Of a DNA stretch of 64,000 nucleotides, positions 56,320-64,000 are shown piece after piece. The stretch spans positions 822,028-886,027 of the forward strand of contig OY970175.1 in NCBI GenBank assembly GCA_963707865.1, in the 5' to 3' direction. Made by a program: the position numbers and the translations under genes. A model generated the notes under the pieces. It had not been told where the DNA came from and searched no databases. It was given only the letters and a program-made list of their open reading frames with translations. How positions within the stretch are numbered: position 1 is the first letter of the stretch; each line of letters starts with the position of its first letter. The DNA is from an uncultured bacterium. Lineage in GTDB: Bacteria; Patescibacteriota; Minisyncoccia; UBA6257; 2-01-FULL-56-20.

Positions 56320-57396
56320 ATGGCAGAAGATTATAAAGCGAAGTTGAACGAGCTTTTGACGACGTGCGCGAAGCAGAGCGCTTCCGATTTGCACCTCGCG
56401 GTCGGACGGCGGCCAACGCTGCGCATTGATGGGACCCTCGTGCCGCTTCAGAAGGAGCCCATTATGACGCCGGAGGCGGCGGAAGGTATCATTGCGGAGC
56501 TTACGAGCGCCGAGCAGAAGGAGAGACTTGTTGCCCAGCGGCAGCTTGACTTCGCCTATAGTTTTGAGGACAAGGCGCGGTTCCGCGTGAATGTCTATTA
56601 CCAGCGCGGCTACCTCGCAGCAGCCCTACGCCTCGTGCCTGCGCGCATCAGAACGATTGAGGAGTTGAACCTCCCGCCCCTTCTCCACGATTTCAGTAAA
56701 CTGTCGCAGGGATTCATTCTCATCGTAGGCCCCGCAGGACACGGAAAGTCATCAACGCTCGCGGCAATCCTTGACGAAGTGAACCACACCAGGGCCGATC
56801 ACATCATTACCGTTGAGGATCCGGTTGAATACCTTTTTACGCAGGACAAATGCATCGTTTCGCAGCGTGAAATAGGAAGCGATGCAGTGAGTTTTCATAG
56901 CGCCCTGCGCACCGTTCTACGGCAGGATCCGGACGTCATCATGATCGGCGAAATGCGCGACGTTGTTTCCATTTCTACCGCAATGACGGCAGCGGAAACA
57001 GGGCACCTGGTATTTTCCACGCTTCATACGAATTCCGCGTCGCAGACGATTGATCGCATTATCGATTCTTTTCCGGCCGAGCAGCAGGGGCAGGTAACCT
57101 CCCAGCTCGCGGCAACCTTGGTCGCGATCATTTCTGAACGGCTCTTGCCGAGGATCTCCGGTGGCCGCATCCCGTCCATGGAAATTATGATCGTGAACCC
57201 GGCTATTCGGAATCTTATCCGCGAGCGGAAAACGTATCAAGTTGACCTTGTGATCGAGACCTCATTGCAGGAGGGTATGGTGACGCTGAACCGCTCGCTC
57301 GCGAATCTTGTAAAAAACAAGGAAATATCGCTCGAGAATGCCGAGCTCTATTCATTGAATCCGGCGGAGCTTCGGATTCTTCTTGAACGGACGTAA
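56320..57396 (+). CDS. pilT: Pilus retraction ATPase PilT
   Basis: ASDLHL, RFRVNVY, GPAGHGKSSTL, LRQDPDVIMIGEMRD, AETGHLVFSTLHT, AIRNLIRE. Confidence 0.95.
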   Translation: MAEDYKAKLNELLTTCAKQSASDLHLAVGRRPTLRIDGTLVPLQKEPIMTPEAAEGIIAELTSAEQKERLVAQRQLDFAYSFEDKARFRVNVYYQRGYLAAALRLVPARIRTIEELNLPPLLHDFSKLSQGFILIVGPAGHGKSSTLAAILDEVNHTRADHIITVEDPVEYLFTQDKCIVSQREIGSDAVSFHSALRTVLRQDPDVIMIGEMRDVVSISTAMTAAETGHLVFSTLHTNSASQTIDRIIDSFPAEQQGQVTSQLAATLVAIISERLLPRISGGRIPSMEIMIVNPAIRNLIRERKTYQVDLVIETSLQEGMVTLNRSLANLVKNKEISLENAELYSLNPAELRILLERT

Positions 57397-57398
57397 TA

Positions 57399-58610
57399 AT
57401 GAGATTTAAGTATCAAGCCAAAACCAAAGAGGGGGAGATGCAGGTCGGGTTCGTAGAAGCGGGGGATCGCGATGGTGCCGTGAATATTCTCACAAGCCAC
57501 GATCTCTTCATTTTGAGTGTGGAAGGCGAAGAAAAGATAGGCCTCTTTGAGCAGATTTCTTCCCTTTTTAATCAGGTTCGCCGCAAGGACATAATTATTT
57601 TTTCCCGCCAGCTTGCGACGCTCCTCCAAGCGCAGTTACCGTTCAATAGTTGTCTCAAAGTACTTTCCGAGCAAACCAAAAATAAGATTTTGAAGGAAGT
57701 GATTCTTGAAATTGCGAGGGACATTGACGCCGGGATTCCTTTCTCGCAGGCCATGGCTAAGCAAGGACACATTTTCCCTGAGTATTATATTGAAATGGTG
57801 CGCGTGGGCGAGGTGACTGGCAATCTGAACGAGATCGCCGACCTTTTTGCCAATTACACTGAAAAAGAGGGAGCGCTGGCCGGAAAGATTGCTTCCGCCA
57901 TGATTTATCCCGGCGTTGTCCTCACTCTTTTTATCGTTGTTGTGTTTATCTTGATCATCTTTGTCTATCCCGCGCTTGGTTCTGTTTTTGCTGAGAATGG
58001 GATCATGCTTCCATGGTATACCCAGGCTTTTTTGAGCACAGGGACCTTTTTAGGCAAATGGTGGCTCGCGGTGGTCGTTGTGGTCGCTTTCCTCGGATTT
58101 GCCGGCTTTAATTATTTCGGAACCAACGAGGGCAGAGCGGTGCTGGATGAGGCGAAAATCCGGCTTCCCATCATACGCAGAATATATACGCCCATCATCA
58201 TGGCGCGGTTCGCAAGTTCCGCGGCTCTCCTTGTGCATGGCGGCATCCCTATCGTGCAATCCATTGAAATCATCAGTCACATGACAGGAAATGTATTGTA
58301 TAGGGATATCCTGCACGATATCGCCGAAGATGTGCGGCAAGGAGAGCTTTTATCTCAAAGTATTGCAAAGCACCCGCAATTTTTCCCAGATATCGTGCCT
58401 CAGATGGTAGCTGTCGGTGAAAAGACTGCAAAGGTAGAGGAAATGCTTAACCGTCTATCGGCGATGTATACTCGCGAAGCAGATGACGTTTCAAGCAATC
58501 TCGCCGAGCTCCTTCAGCCGCTGCTTATCGTTGGCATGGGTGCCATGGTCGGATTGCTTTTCGCCTCAATTCTGATACCGATTTACAGCTTGACGGCGAG
58601 CATCCATTAA
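57399..58610 (+). CDS. pilC: Type IV pilus platform protein PilC (GspF family)
   Basis: FSRQLATLL, MVRVGEVTGNL, AMIYP, MVAVGE, QPLLIV. Confidence 0.93.
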   Translation: MRFKYQAKTKEGEMQVGFVEAGDRDGAVNILTSHDLFILSVEGEEKIGLFEQISSLFNQVRRKDIIIFSRQLATLLQAQLPFNSCLKVLSEQTKNKILKEVILEIARDIDAGIPFSQAMAKQGHIFPEYYIEMVRVGEVTGNLNEIADLFANYTEKEGALAGKIASAMIYPGVVLTLFIVVVFILIIFVYPALGSVFAENGIMLPWYTQAFLSTGTFLGKWWLAVVVVVAFLGFAGFNYFGTNEGRAVLDEAKIRLPIIRRIYTPIIMARFASSAALLVHGGIPIVQSIEIISHMTGNVLYRDILHDIAEDVRQGELLSQSIAKHPQFFPDIVPQMVAVGEKTAKVEEMLNRLSAMYTREADDVSSNLAELLQPLLIVGMGAMVGLLFASILIPIYSLTASIH

Positions 58611-58701
58611 AAACTTATCCACATCTCAAACGGCTCCATTTTTCCCCGTATCTGTGGTAACTTTATTAAATGGAAAGGTCGAATTTAACCAAGCAACCTA
58701 T

Positions 58702-59025
58702 ATGACTGTAAAACAAGACAAAAAGGGTTTTACCCTGATCGAGATGATGATCGTGGTAGCCATCATCGGTATTTTGGCCGCTATTGTTATGGCAAACTTT
58801 GGGAGTGCTCAAAACGCTGCGATAGATGCGCGACTTGAGGCCGAAGCACACGAGTGCGCTAATGAGCTTGCCATATGTTCTGTAAGAAACAACGGCGTAA
58901 CTACCGGCTGCACTAGTGATATTGTCGATAAGATCGGCACAATTACGGCCTCGGCCGCGAATGGCACGTGTACCGCGACGAATCCCAATGACGGATTCAC
59001 ATTTTCGACCAGCCCGATATTTTAA
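58702..59025 (+). CDS. pilA: Type IV major pilin
   Basis: KKG|FTLIEMMIVVAIIGILAAIV class III signal; Cys-containing head. Confidence 0.85.
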   Translation: MTVKQDKKGFTLIEMMIVVAIIGILAAIVMANFGSAQNAAIDARLEAEAHECANELAICSVRNNGVTTGCTSDIVDKIGTITASAANGTCTATNPNDGFTFSTSPIF

Positions 59026-59038
59026 AAGCTAGTTGCGC

Positions 59039-59881
59039 ATGAGGTTACCTCTGTTTTTTGTCTTCGGCCTCGTCGTAGGCAGCTTTTTTAACGTCATCGC
59101 TCTGCGGTATGACGGAGAGAATTTCTTGTTCAATCCAAAGGTAATAGGCGGGCGGTCGCGTTGTCCCCATTGCCACACCACCCTCCGCTGGTTCGAACTC
59201 GTCCCCCTTGTGAGCTTCATCATTCAAGGCGGCAAGTGTCGCCACTGCAAAGCTTTCATCGGATTTAGGTACCCCGTGGTTGAGCTGTTATCCGGGCTGA
59301 TCTTTTTATTTGTTCCCCTTCAGCGTTTGTTCTTTTTCCCAAATTTCCCTACCATTTCAGTTTTATGGGTCTTCGCTTTTGAGATTTTCCTCCTCATCGG
59401 TTATATAGATATTTTGCTCGGCATCATCCCCGATGAGCTCAATATTTTGCTTTTTGCAGTGGGCCTTCTTGAAACCTACAAGCTTGCAATATCCGGCGCC
59501 AGCAATGTTTCTTTTTTGGGACTCCCTGCCGCATTTTTTGGATTGCAAACGAATGTGTGGACAAATCATTTTGCGGCTGCGCTCTTCGGCGCCGCATTCT
59601 TCGGGCTACTTGTGATCGTAACCAAAGGAAAGGGAATGGGATTAGGGGACGTAAAACTGGCGTTTCCTTTGGGATTCCTTTTTGGCTGGCCTGACATTTT
59701 GATACTTTTGATGATGACATTTGTGATCGGGGGTGTATTTGGAATTTTTGCCGTCACGGGTGGGTCAAAAACATTGAAAAGCCAGGTTCCTTTCGCCCCT
59801 TTTCTGATGATGGGGGCAACCGTCGTTTTTTTCTTTGGTGCGACGCTCTTTCAAGCATATTTCCATGTGATAGGATTATAA
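59039..59881 (+). CDS. pilD: Prepilin peptidase
   Basis: GSFFNV, RSRCPHC..L...ELVP.VSF....GKCRHC, GMGLGDVKL, PFAPFL. Confidence 0.93.
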   Translation: MRLPLFFVFGLVVGSFFNVIALRYDGENFLFNPKVIGGRSRCPHCHTTLRWFELVPLVSFIIQGGKCRHCKAFIGFRYPVVELLSGLIFLFVPLQRLFFFPNFPTISVLWVFAFEIFLLIGYIDILLGIIPDELNILLFAVGLLETYKLAISGASNVSFLGLPAAFFGLQTNVWTNHFAAALFGAAFFGLLVIVTKGKGMGLGDVKLAFPLGFLFGWPDILILLMMTFVIGGVFGIFAVTGGSKTLKSQVPFAPFLMMGATVVFFFGATLFQAYFHVIGL

Positions 59882-59885
59882 GGAG

Positions 59886-60395
59886 ATGTTCCGCAGAGCT
59901 TTTACCCTTATCGAGATAATAGTGACCATTGCGCTGATGGCGATTTTTGCGGGGATTGCCATCCTGTCTTCGCGTAACGGTCAGGCGGCAATGGCATTGT
60001 CGGGTGAAGCAGAAAAAATCGGCCAATTTGCTCTCGAGGCAAAATCACTTGCCCTTGTCGCCTATAGCCCTTCCGGTTCCGCAATCTGCGGTTACGGGGT
60101 AGTGGTGGATCCGGGAAGTCAGACCTATTCAATCTTTGCCTACGAACCGGGCGGTTCCCCTTGCCCATCGGCAGATAGTGTGACCGTCCCCGGAATTTAT
60201 GACGGAACTGAGCATCCCTATTCTGGCGGGACGTGGCGGGTGCCCACTGCGCAAGGCGTGACGATCAGTTCTGGAGGCGTCGTTCTTTTTTATCCACCGG
60301 ATCCCACCGTCCTTGGTGGAGGTTCCTTTTCGCTCAGCGGGGGAGGGGGCAGCAAAACCATTTCGGTAAGTTCGGCAGGCCAGGTATCTTTTTAA
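59886..60395 (+). CDS. Minor pilin (FimT/FimU-like)
   Basis: RA|FTLIEIIVTIAL N-terminal methylation motif. Confidence 0.8.
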   Translation: MFRRAFTLIEIIVTIALMAIFAGIAILSSRNGQAAMALSGEAEKIGQFALEAKSLALVAYSPSGSAICGYGVVVDPGSQTYSIFAYEPGGSPCPSADSVTVPGIYDGTEHPYSGGTWRVPTAQGVTISSGGVVLFYPPDPTVLGGGSFSLSGGGGSKTISVSSAGQVSF

Positions 60396-60406
60396 AATAA
60401 AAGCAT

Positions 60407-60853
60407 ATGTCATTAAGAAAGAGGGGACAGACGCTTATTGAGGTCATGGTCGGCCTTTCGATGCTCACGATTGGATTTTCGGGGATTTTTTCCCTTCTCA
60501 CCCAATCATTAAAAATGACCGCGACGATAAGTAACGGAACCGTAGCTACCTATCTTGCAGCCGAAGGCATCGAACTCGCGCACAACCTCATCTATCACGA
60601 TGTCTTTGAAGAAGTTGCAGGCGTGGGAAGCGGTTGGGGGGCGTGCTTCGGAGCGGGGGGGAATTTTTACCTTGACTATACCACCCACAGTTGCCCCCCG
60701 CCTTCGTATTCCGGCCAAGTTGTCATGTCTGGATTCGCAAGAGAAGTTACGGTTACTCCCGCCGGTTCAGACGAGATCGCCGTACAGTCTACGGTGACAT
60801 CGCCGAATGGGCAAACGGTCGTTTTACAAGATATTTTTTATAACTGGCGATGA
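60407..60853 (+). CDS. Minor pilin (PilV-like)
   Basis: RG|QTLIEVMV, ATYLAAEGIE, FAREVTV. Confidence 0.8.
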   Translation: MSLRKRGQTLIEVMVGLSMLTIGFSGIFSLLTQSLKMTATISNGTVATYLAAEGIELAHNLIYHDVFEEVAGVGSGWGACFGAGGNFYLDYTTHSCPPPSYSGQVVMSGFAREVTVTPAGSDEIAVQSTVTSPNGQTVVLQDIFYNWR

Positions 60854-61338
60854 ACCGTCAAGGTTTTACGTTAGTAGAAGTACTTACCGCCATTGCAGTC
60901 TTTTCGATTGTGGTTACGATTGCTGCCGGCGCATTTGTAAGTGCAATGAAAGCTCAGGGAGAGCTCGCAGGAATCATTGCGATGCAATCCAATGCAAGTA
61001 CCGCGCTGGAGCAAATGACTCGCGAGATACGAACAGGATCTCAATTTTCGGGTTCCGGCGGCAGCCTTTCTTTTACCAATGCAAAGGGACAAGGAGTTAC
61101 GTACGGATTGCAAGGCGGTGCGCTCGCCAGGAATTCTTCTCCCCTCACCGGCGCCAACATGACAGTGACGAGTTTGAGCTTTATAGTTTTTGGAAATACG
61201 AGCGGCGATCATTGGAATCCACTCATAACGATCTTAATGAACGCGGCGCCGAACTCGAGCGGCGCGTCGGGCGGTATCAATTTGGAAACTTCGGTGAGTG
61301 CCAGGGCAATTGATTGCGACGCTGCAGGCAAATGCTGA
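60850..61338 (+). CDS. Minor pilin (PilW-like)
   Basis: QG|FTLVEVL, ALEQMTREIR. Confidence 0.8.
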   Translation: MNRQGFTLVEVLTAIAVFSIVVTIAAGAFVSAMKAQGELAGIIAMQSNASTALEQMTREIRTGSQFSGSGGSLSFTNAKGQGVTYGLQGGALARNSSPLTGANMTVTSLSFIVFGNTSGDHWNPLITILMNAAPNSSGASGGINLETSVSARAIDCDAAGKC

Positions 61339-61346
61339 CATCAACA

Positions 61347-61733
61347 ATGTTCCAATTCATCAAAATCAAAAATAATCGTTTCGGCCAGGCGGTGGTTGTT
61401 GCCATTTTGACCATTGGCATCACGCTGCTCGGAGCCACCGCGTTTGCGGGCGTTATTATGGCAAATGAATTACGGGCCGCGGGAAGCGTCCCGGATTCGG
61501 CAAACGCTATATTCATTGCGGATTCAGGCGTGAATTGGGCCTTATATAGTTATCTCACCGGGAAGTCCGTTGCACAACCAGGGGTACCTTCAGGAGAATC
61601 GCTTTTGGTGACCTGTTTTGATTCAACGGGTGCAGCGCTAGCTTGCACGAGCCCCGATGTCAAAACCGTGGTTTCGAAAGGGACCTCGGTGGGAGGTTCG
61701 CGACGCGCCTTTTTGCTTGATGTCAAGCCATAG
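61347..61733 (+). CDS. Minor pilin (PilX-like)
   Basis: FG|QAVVV lacking Glu5; S..A.FIADSGV..AL PilX motif. Confidence 0.75.
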   Translation: MFQFIKIKNNRFGQAVVVAILTIGITLLGATAFAGVIMANELRAAGSVPDSANAIFIADSGVNWALYSYLTGKSVAQPGVPSGESLLVTCFDSTGAALACTSPDVKTVVSKGTSVGGSRRAFLLDVKP

Positions 61734-61745
61734 TTTGGAAAACGT

Positions 61746-63872
61746 ATGGCCAAGTCCGAAGCCCGCGAGCGGATCGCACATCTTAAGAAGGTTATCAACG
61801 AGTATCGGTATTCGCGACTGGTTCGCAACAAGGAGTTGGTTTCTCCCGAGGCAGAAGACGCTCTCAAGAAGGAACTGTTTGATTTAGAAACGCAATTTCC
61901 GGATCTCATAACGCCCGATTCGCCGACGCAGCGCGTGGCGGGAAAGCCGCTCAAGGAATTCGCGAAGGTGCGCCACGTGGAGCGGATGACTTCCTTCAAC
62001 GATGCCTTTTCAGAAGAGGATGTGCACGCGTGGTTCACGCGGCTCACAAATTATTTGGGCCATTCCCTCGTACCGCACGCGCCGGCGAAAAGAGAGCACG
62101 CGAGCGGCCGTGGCGTTCCCCTTTTCTATTGCGAGCTGAAAATAGATGGGCTCGCAATTGAGCTTGAATACGAGAACGGCATTTTCGTCCGCGGTTCTAC
62201 CCGCGGCGACGGACTGATCGGCGAGGATGTCACGCAAAATCTGCGGACGGTAGAGGCGATCCCACTCAAACTTTTGGAGCCGGACGAAGTGGCAGCGAAT
62301 CTCAAAAAAATATCTCTTAACCCAAAAGCGTATATCCCAAACCCGAGGCACTTGATTGTCCGCGGCGAAGTGTTTCTCACAAAAAAAGAATTCGCGAAGA
62401 TCAACAAAGAACAGGAAAAAAAAGGACTGAAATCTTACGCAAATCCGCGGAACGTCGCTGCCGGCTCCGTGCGCCAGCTGGATCCCACGGTCACCGCGCG
62501 CCGGCGCCTGGATTCGTTCCAATACGACATTGTCACGGACATCGGGCAAACGTATCACGAAGAAGTACACTTGCTTTTAAAAGCATTTGGATTCAAAACC
62601 AATCCGAACAACAAGTCAGCGGAAACCATCGCCCAGACATTCGCGTTTCGGGACTATTGGGCAAAGCATCGCGAGAAGCTTGATTATGAAATTGACGGGA
62701 CGGTCATCATTGTGAACGACAATGCGACCTTTGCGCGGGCGGGGATCATCGGCAAGGCGCCGCGCGCGGCGATCGCATATAAATTTTCTCCGCGCGAAGC
62801 GACGACGGTGGTAGAGGATATAAAGGTGCAAGTTGGGCGGACGGGCGCGTTGACGCCGGTCGCGGTCATGCGGCCGGTCGCCGTGGGGGGCATCACGATC
62901 ACGCATGCGACGCTTCACAACGCGGACGAGATCGCGCGGCTCGGTTTGAAAATAGGGGATACGGTGATCGTTTCGCGGGCGGGCGACGTGATACCGCAGG
63001 TGACGAAAGTGCTCACCGAACTCCGCACCGGAAAAGAAAAAGCATTTCACATGCCCGAGCGTTGCCCGGTGGACGGTTCGCGGGTCGCGCGCGACGGCGC
63101 CATCCATCGCTGTTCGTCCAAGGACTGCGGCGCAAAGCACCGAGAATTTCTCTACCATTTCGTTTCGCGAGGCGCATTCAACATTGAGGGGCTTGGCCCG
63201 AAGATCATTGATCGATTCCTTGATGAGGGGCTTATCTCCGACGCCGCGGACATTTTTACGCTTGAGGAGGGGGATGTCGCCGCACTTGCGCGGTTCGGCG
63301 AAAAATCGGCAGAAAACATCGTCCAGGAAGTCGCCGAGAAAAAGAAGGTACCGCTTGCGCGGTTTCTCTACGCCCTCGGCATCCTCCATGTCGGCGAGGA
63401 GACCGCCGTGCTGCTTGCGAAAAATTTTGATTTCCCGCATGCAGCCGGCCGCGTGGCGATCAAAGACATTTTGAAAGTTTTTGGAATGCTCTCGCTTGAA
63501 GATCTACAAAAAGTGAAAGACATCGGGCCGAAGGTCGGGCAGAGCATCTATGACTGGTTCCGCGAGTCGCGCAGCGTGAGGTTTCTCATGCGGTTGGAAA
63601 AAGCCGGCGTTGAAGTTGGAGCCCAACCGCGGAGCGCGACGAGCGGAAAGCTCGCAGGGAAGGCATTCGTCTTGACGGGCGGGCTCACATCCATGAGCCG
63701 CGAAGCGGCGAAGGAAAAAATCCGCGAGCTCGGCGGCGAAGCGTCCGAGTCCGTGAGCAGAAAAACTGATTACGTCGTCGCGGGCTCCGAGCCCGGGTCA
63801 AAGTACGAGAGAGCAAAAAAACTTGGCGTGAGGGTTATAGACGAAAAAGAATTTCTCGCGATGTTGAAATAA
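61746..63872 (+). CDS. ligA: NAD-dependent DNA ligase
   Basis: DSPTQRV, ELKIDG, TRGDG, ANPRN, QVGRTG, RAGDVIP, HhH and BRCT domains. Confidence 0.97.
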   Translation: MAKSEARERIAHLKKVINEYRYSRLVRNKELVSPEAEDALKKELFDLETQFPDLITPDSPTQRVAGKPLKEFAKVRHVERMTSFNDAFSEEDVHAWFTRLTNYLGHSLVPHAPAKREHASGRGVPLFYCELKIDGLAIELEYENGIFVRGSTRGDGLIGEDVTQNLRTVEAIPLKLLEPDEVAANLKKISLNPKAYIPNPRHLIVRGEVFLTKKEFAKINKEQEKKGLKSYANPRNVAAGSVRQLDPTVTARRRLDSFQYDIVTDIGQTYHEEVHLLLKAFGFKTNPNNKSAETIAQTFAFRDYWAKHREKLDYEIDGTVIIVNDNATFARAGIIGKAPRAAIAYKFSPREATTVVEDIKVQVGRTGALTPVAVMRPVAVGGITITHATLHNADEIARLGLKIGDTVIVSRAGDVIPQVTKVLTELRTGKEKAFHMPERCPVDGSRVARDGAIHRCSSKDCGAKHREFLYHFVSRGAFNIEGLGPKIIDRFLDEGLISDAADIFTLEEGDVAALARFGEKSAENIVQEVAEKKKVPLARFLYALGILHVGEETAVLLAKNFDFPHAAGRVAIKDILKVFGMLSLEDLQKVKDIGPKVGQSIYDWFRESRSVRFLMRLEKAGVEVGAQPRSATSGKLAGKAFVLTGGLTSMSREAAKEKIRELGGEASESVSRKTDYVVAGSEPGSKYERAKKLGVRVIDEKEFLAMLK

Positions 63873-63937
63873 CCCCGCAAAGACGGTTTGATTTATTGAG
63901 ACAAGGAGTATAAAATTTTTGAGAAAGCGTTGAAATT

Positions 63938-64000
63938 GCGGGCGTAGCTTAGCCTGGCAGAGCGTCCCCCTGTCACGGGGAAGGTCGTGGGTTCAAATCC
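63938..64000 (+). tRNA. tRNA-Asp(GTC), 3' end cut by window
   Basis: GCGGGCG-TAGCTTAGCCTGGCAGAGC, TCCCC-ct GTC ac-GGGGA, GGTTCAAATCC. Confidence 0.9.

Noticed and set aside
82-63474. Numerous overlapping alternative-frame ORFs in the track (e.g. 82-729, 9062-9994, 14098-14844, 47064-47963, 62616-63440)
   Set aside because: They overlap well-supported genes on the other strand or frame and show no family motifs.
1-64000. Recoded genetic code (TGA=Gly, as in Gracilibacteria/Absconditabacteria)
   Set aside because: Conserved genes are full length under code 11, and TGA ends genes at expected positions (e.g. 2070, 20910).

Overview
Chromosomal segment of a Patescibacteria/CPR bacterium, most likely Parcubacteria (inferred from gene families; genetic code 11). 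No CRISPR array, IS transposase, prophage or rRNA was seen. Housekeeping genes: gyrA 3' end, Xer-type recombinase, rpsO-NYN-pnp, recA, ftsK, IscS-like desulfurase, htrA, clpB, GalU-like nucleotidyltransferase, HU, an ECF sigma operon, ligA, and four tRNAs (Leu-TAG, Gly-GCC, Arg-GCG, partial Asp-GTC). Surface machinery is extensive: an array of seven VirB2/TrbC-like pilins (one fused to an M15-type zinc peptidase, several with terminal Cys pairs), a 2279-aa Ig-repeat adhesin with twelve near-identical 312-bp units, three peptidoglycan-binding surface proteins, and a type IV pilus/competence cluster. The most unusual signals are non-coding or architectural. (i) A nuclease-like ORF faces a convergent small structured RNA with its own promoter and terminator, next to a tRNA 3'-end remnant (candidate toxin/RNA-antitoxin cassette). 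(ii) Many genes have a -10 box 6-7 nt before the start (leaderless), while abundant structural genes carry a shared 5'-UTR motif AAAGGTCG. (iii) A multibranch element is built from copies of the tRNA-Arg 3' end. (iv) The S-layer-like gene has an attenuator-like leader. (v) A small ECF regulon is inferred. All functional calls come from motif recognition by eye; no database search was run.
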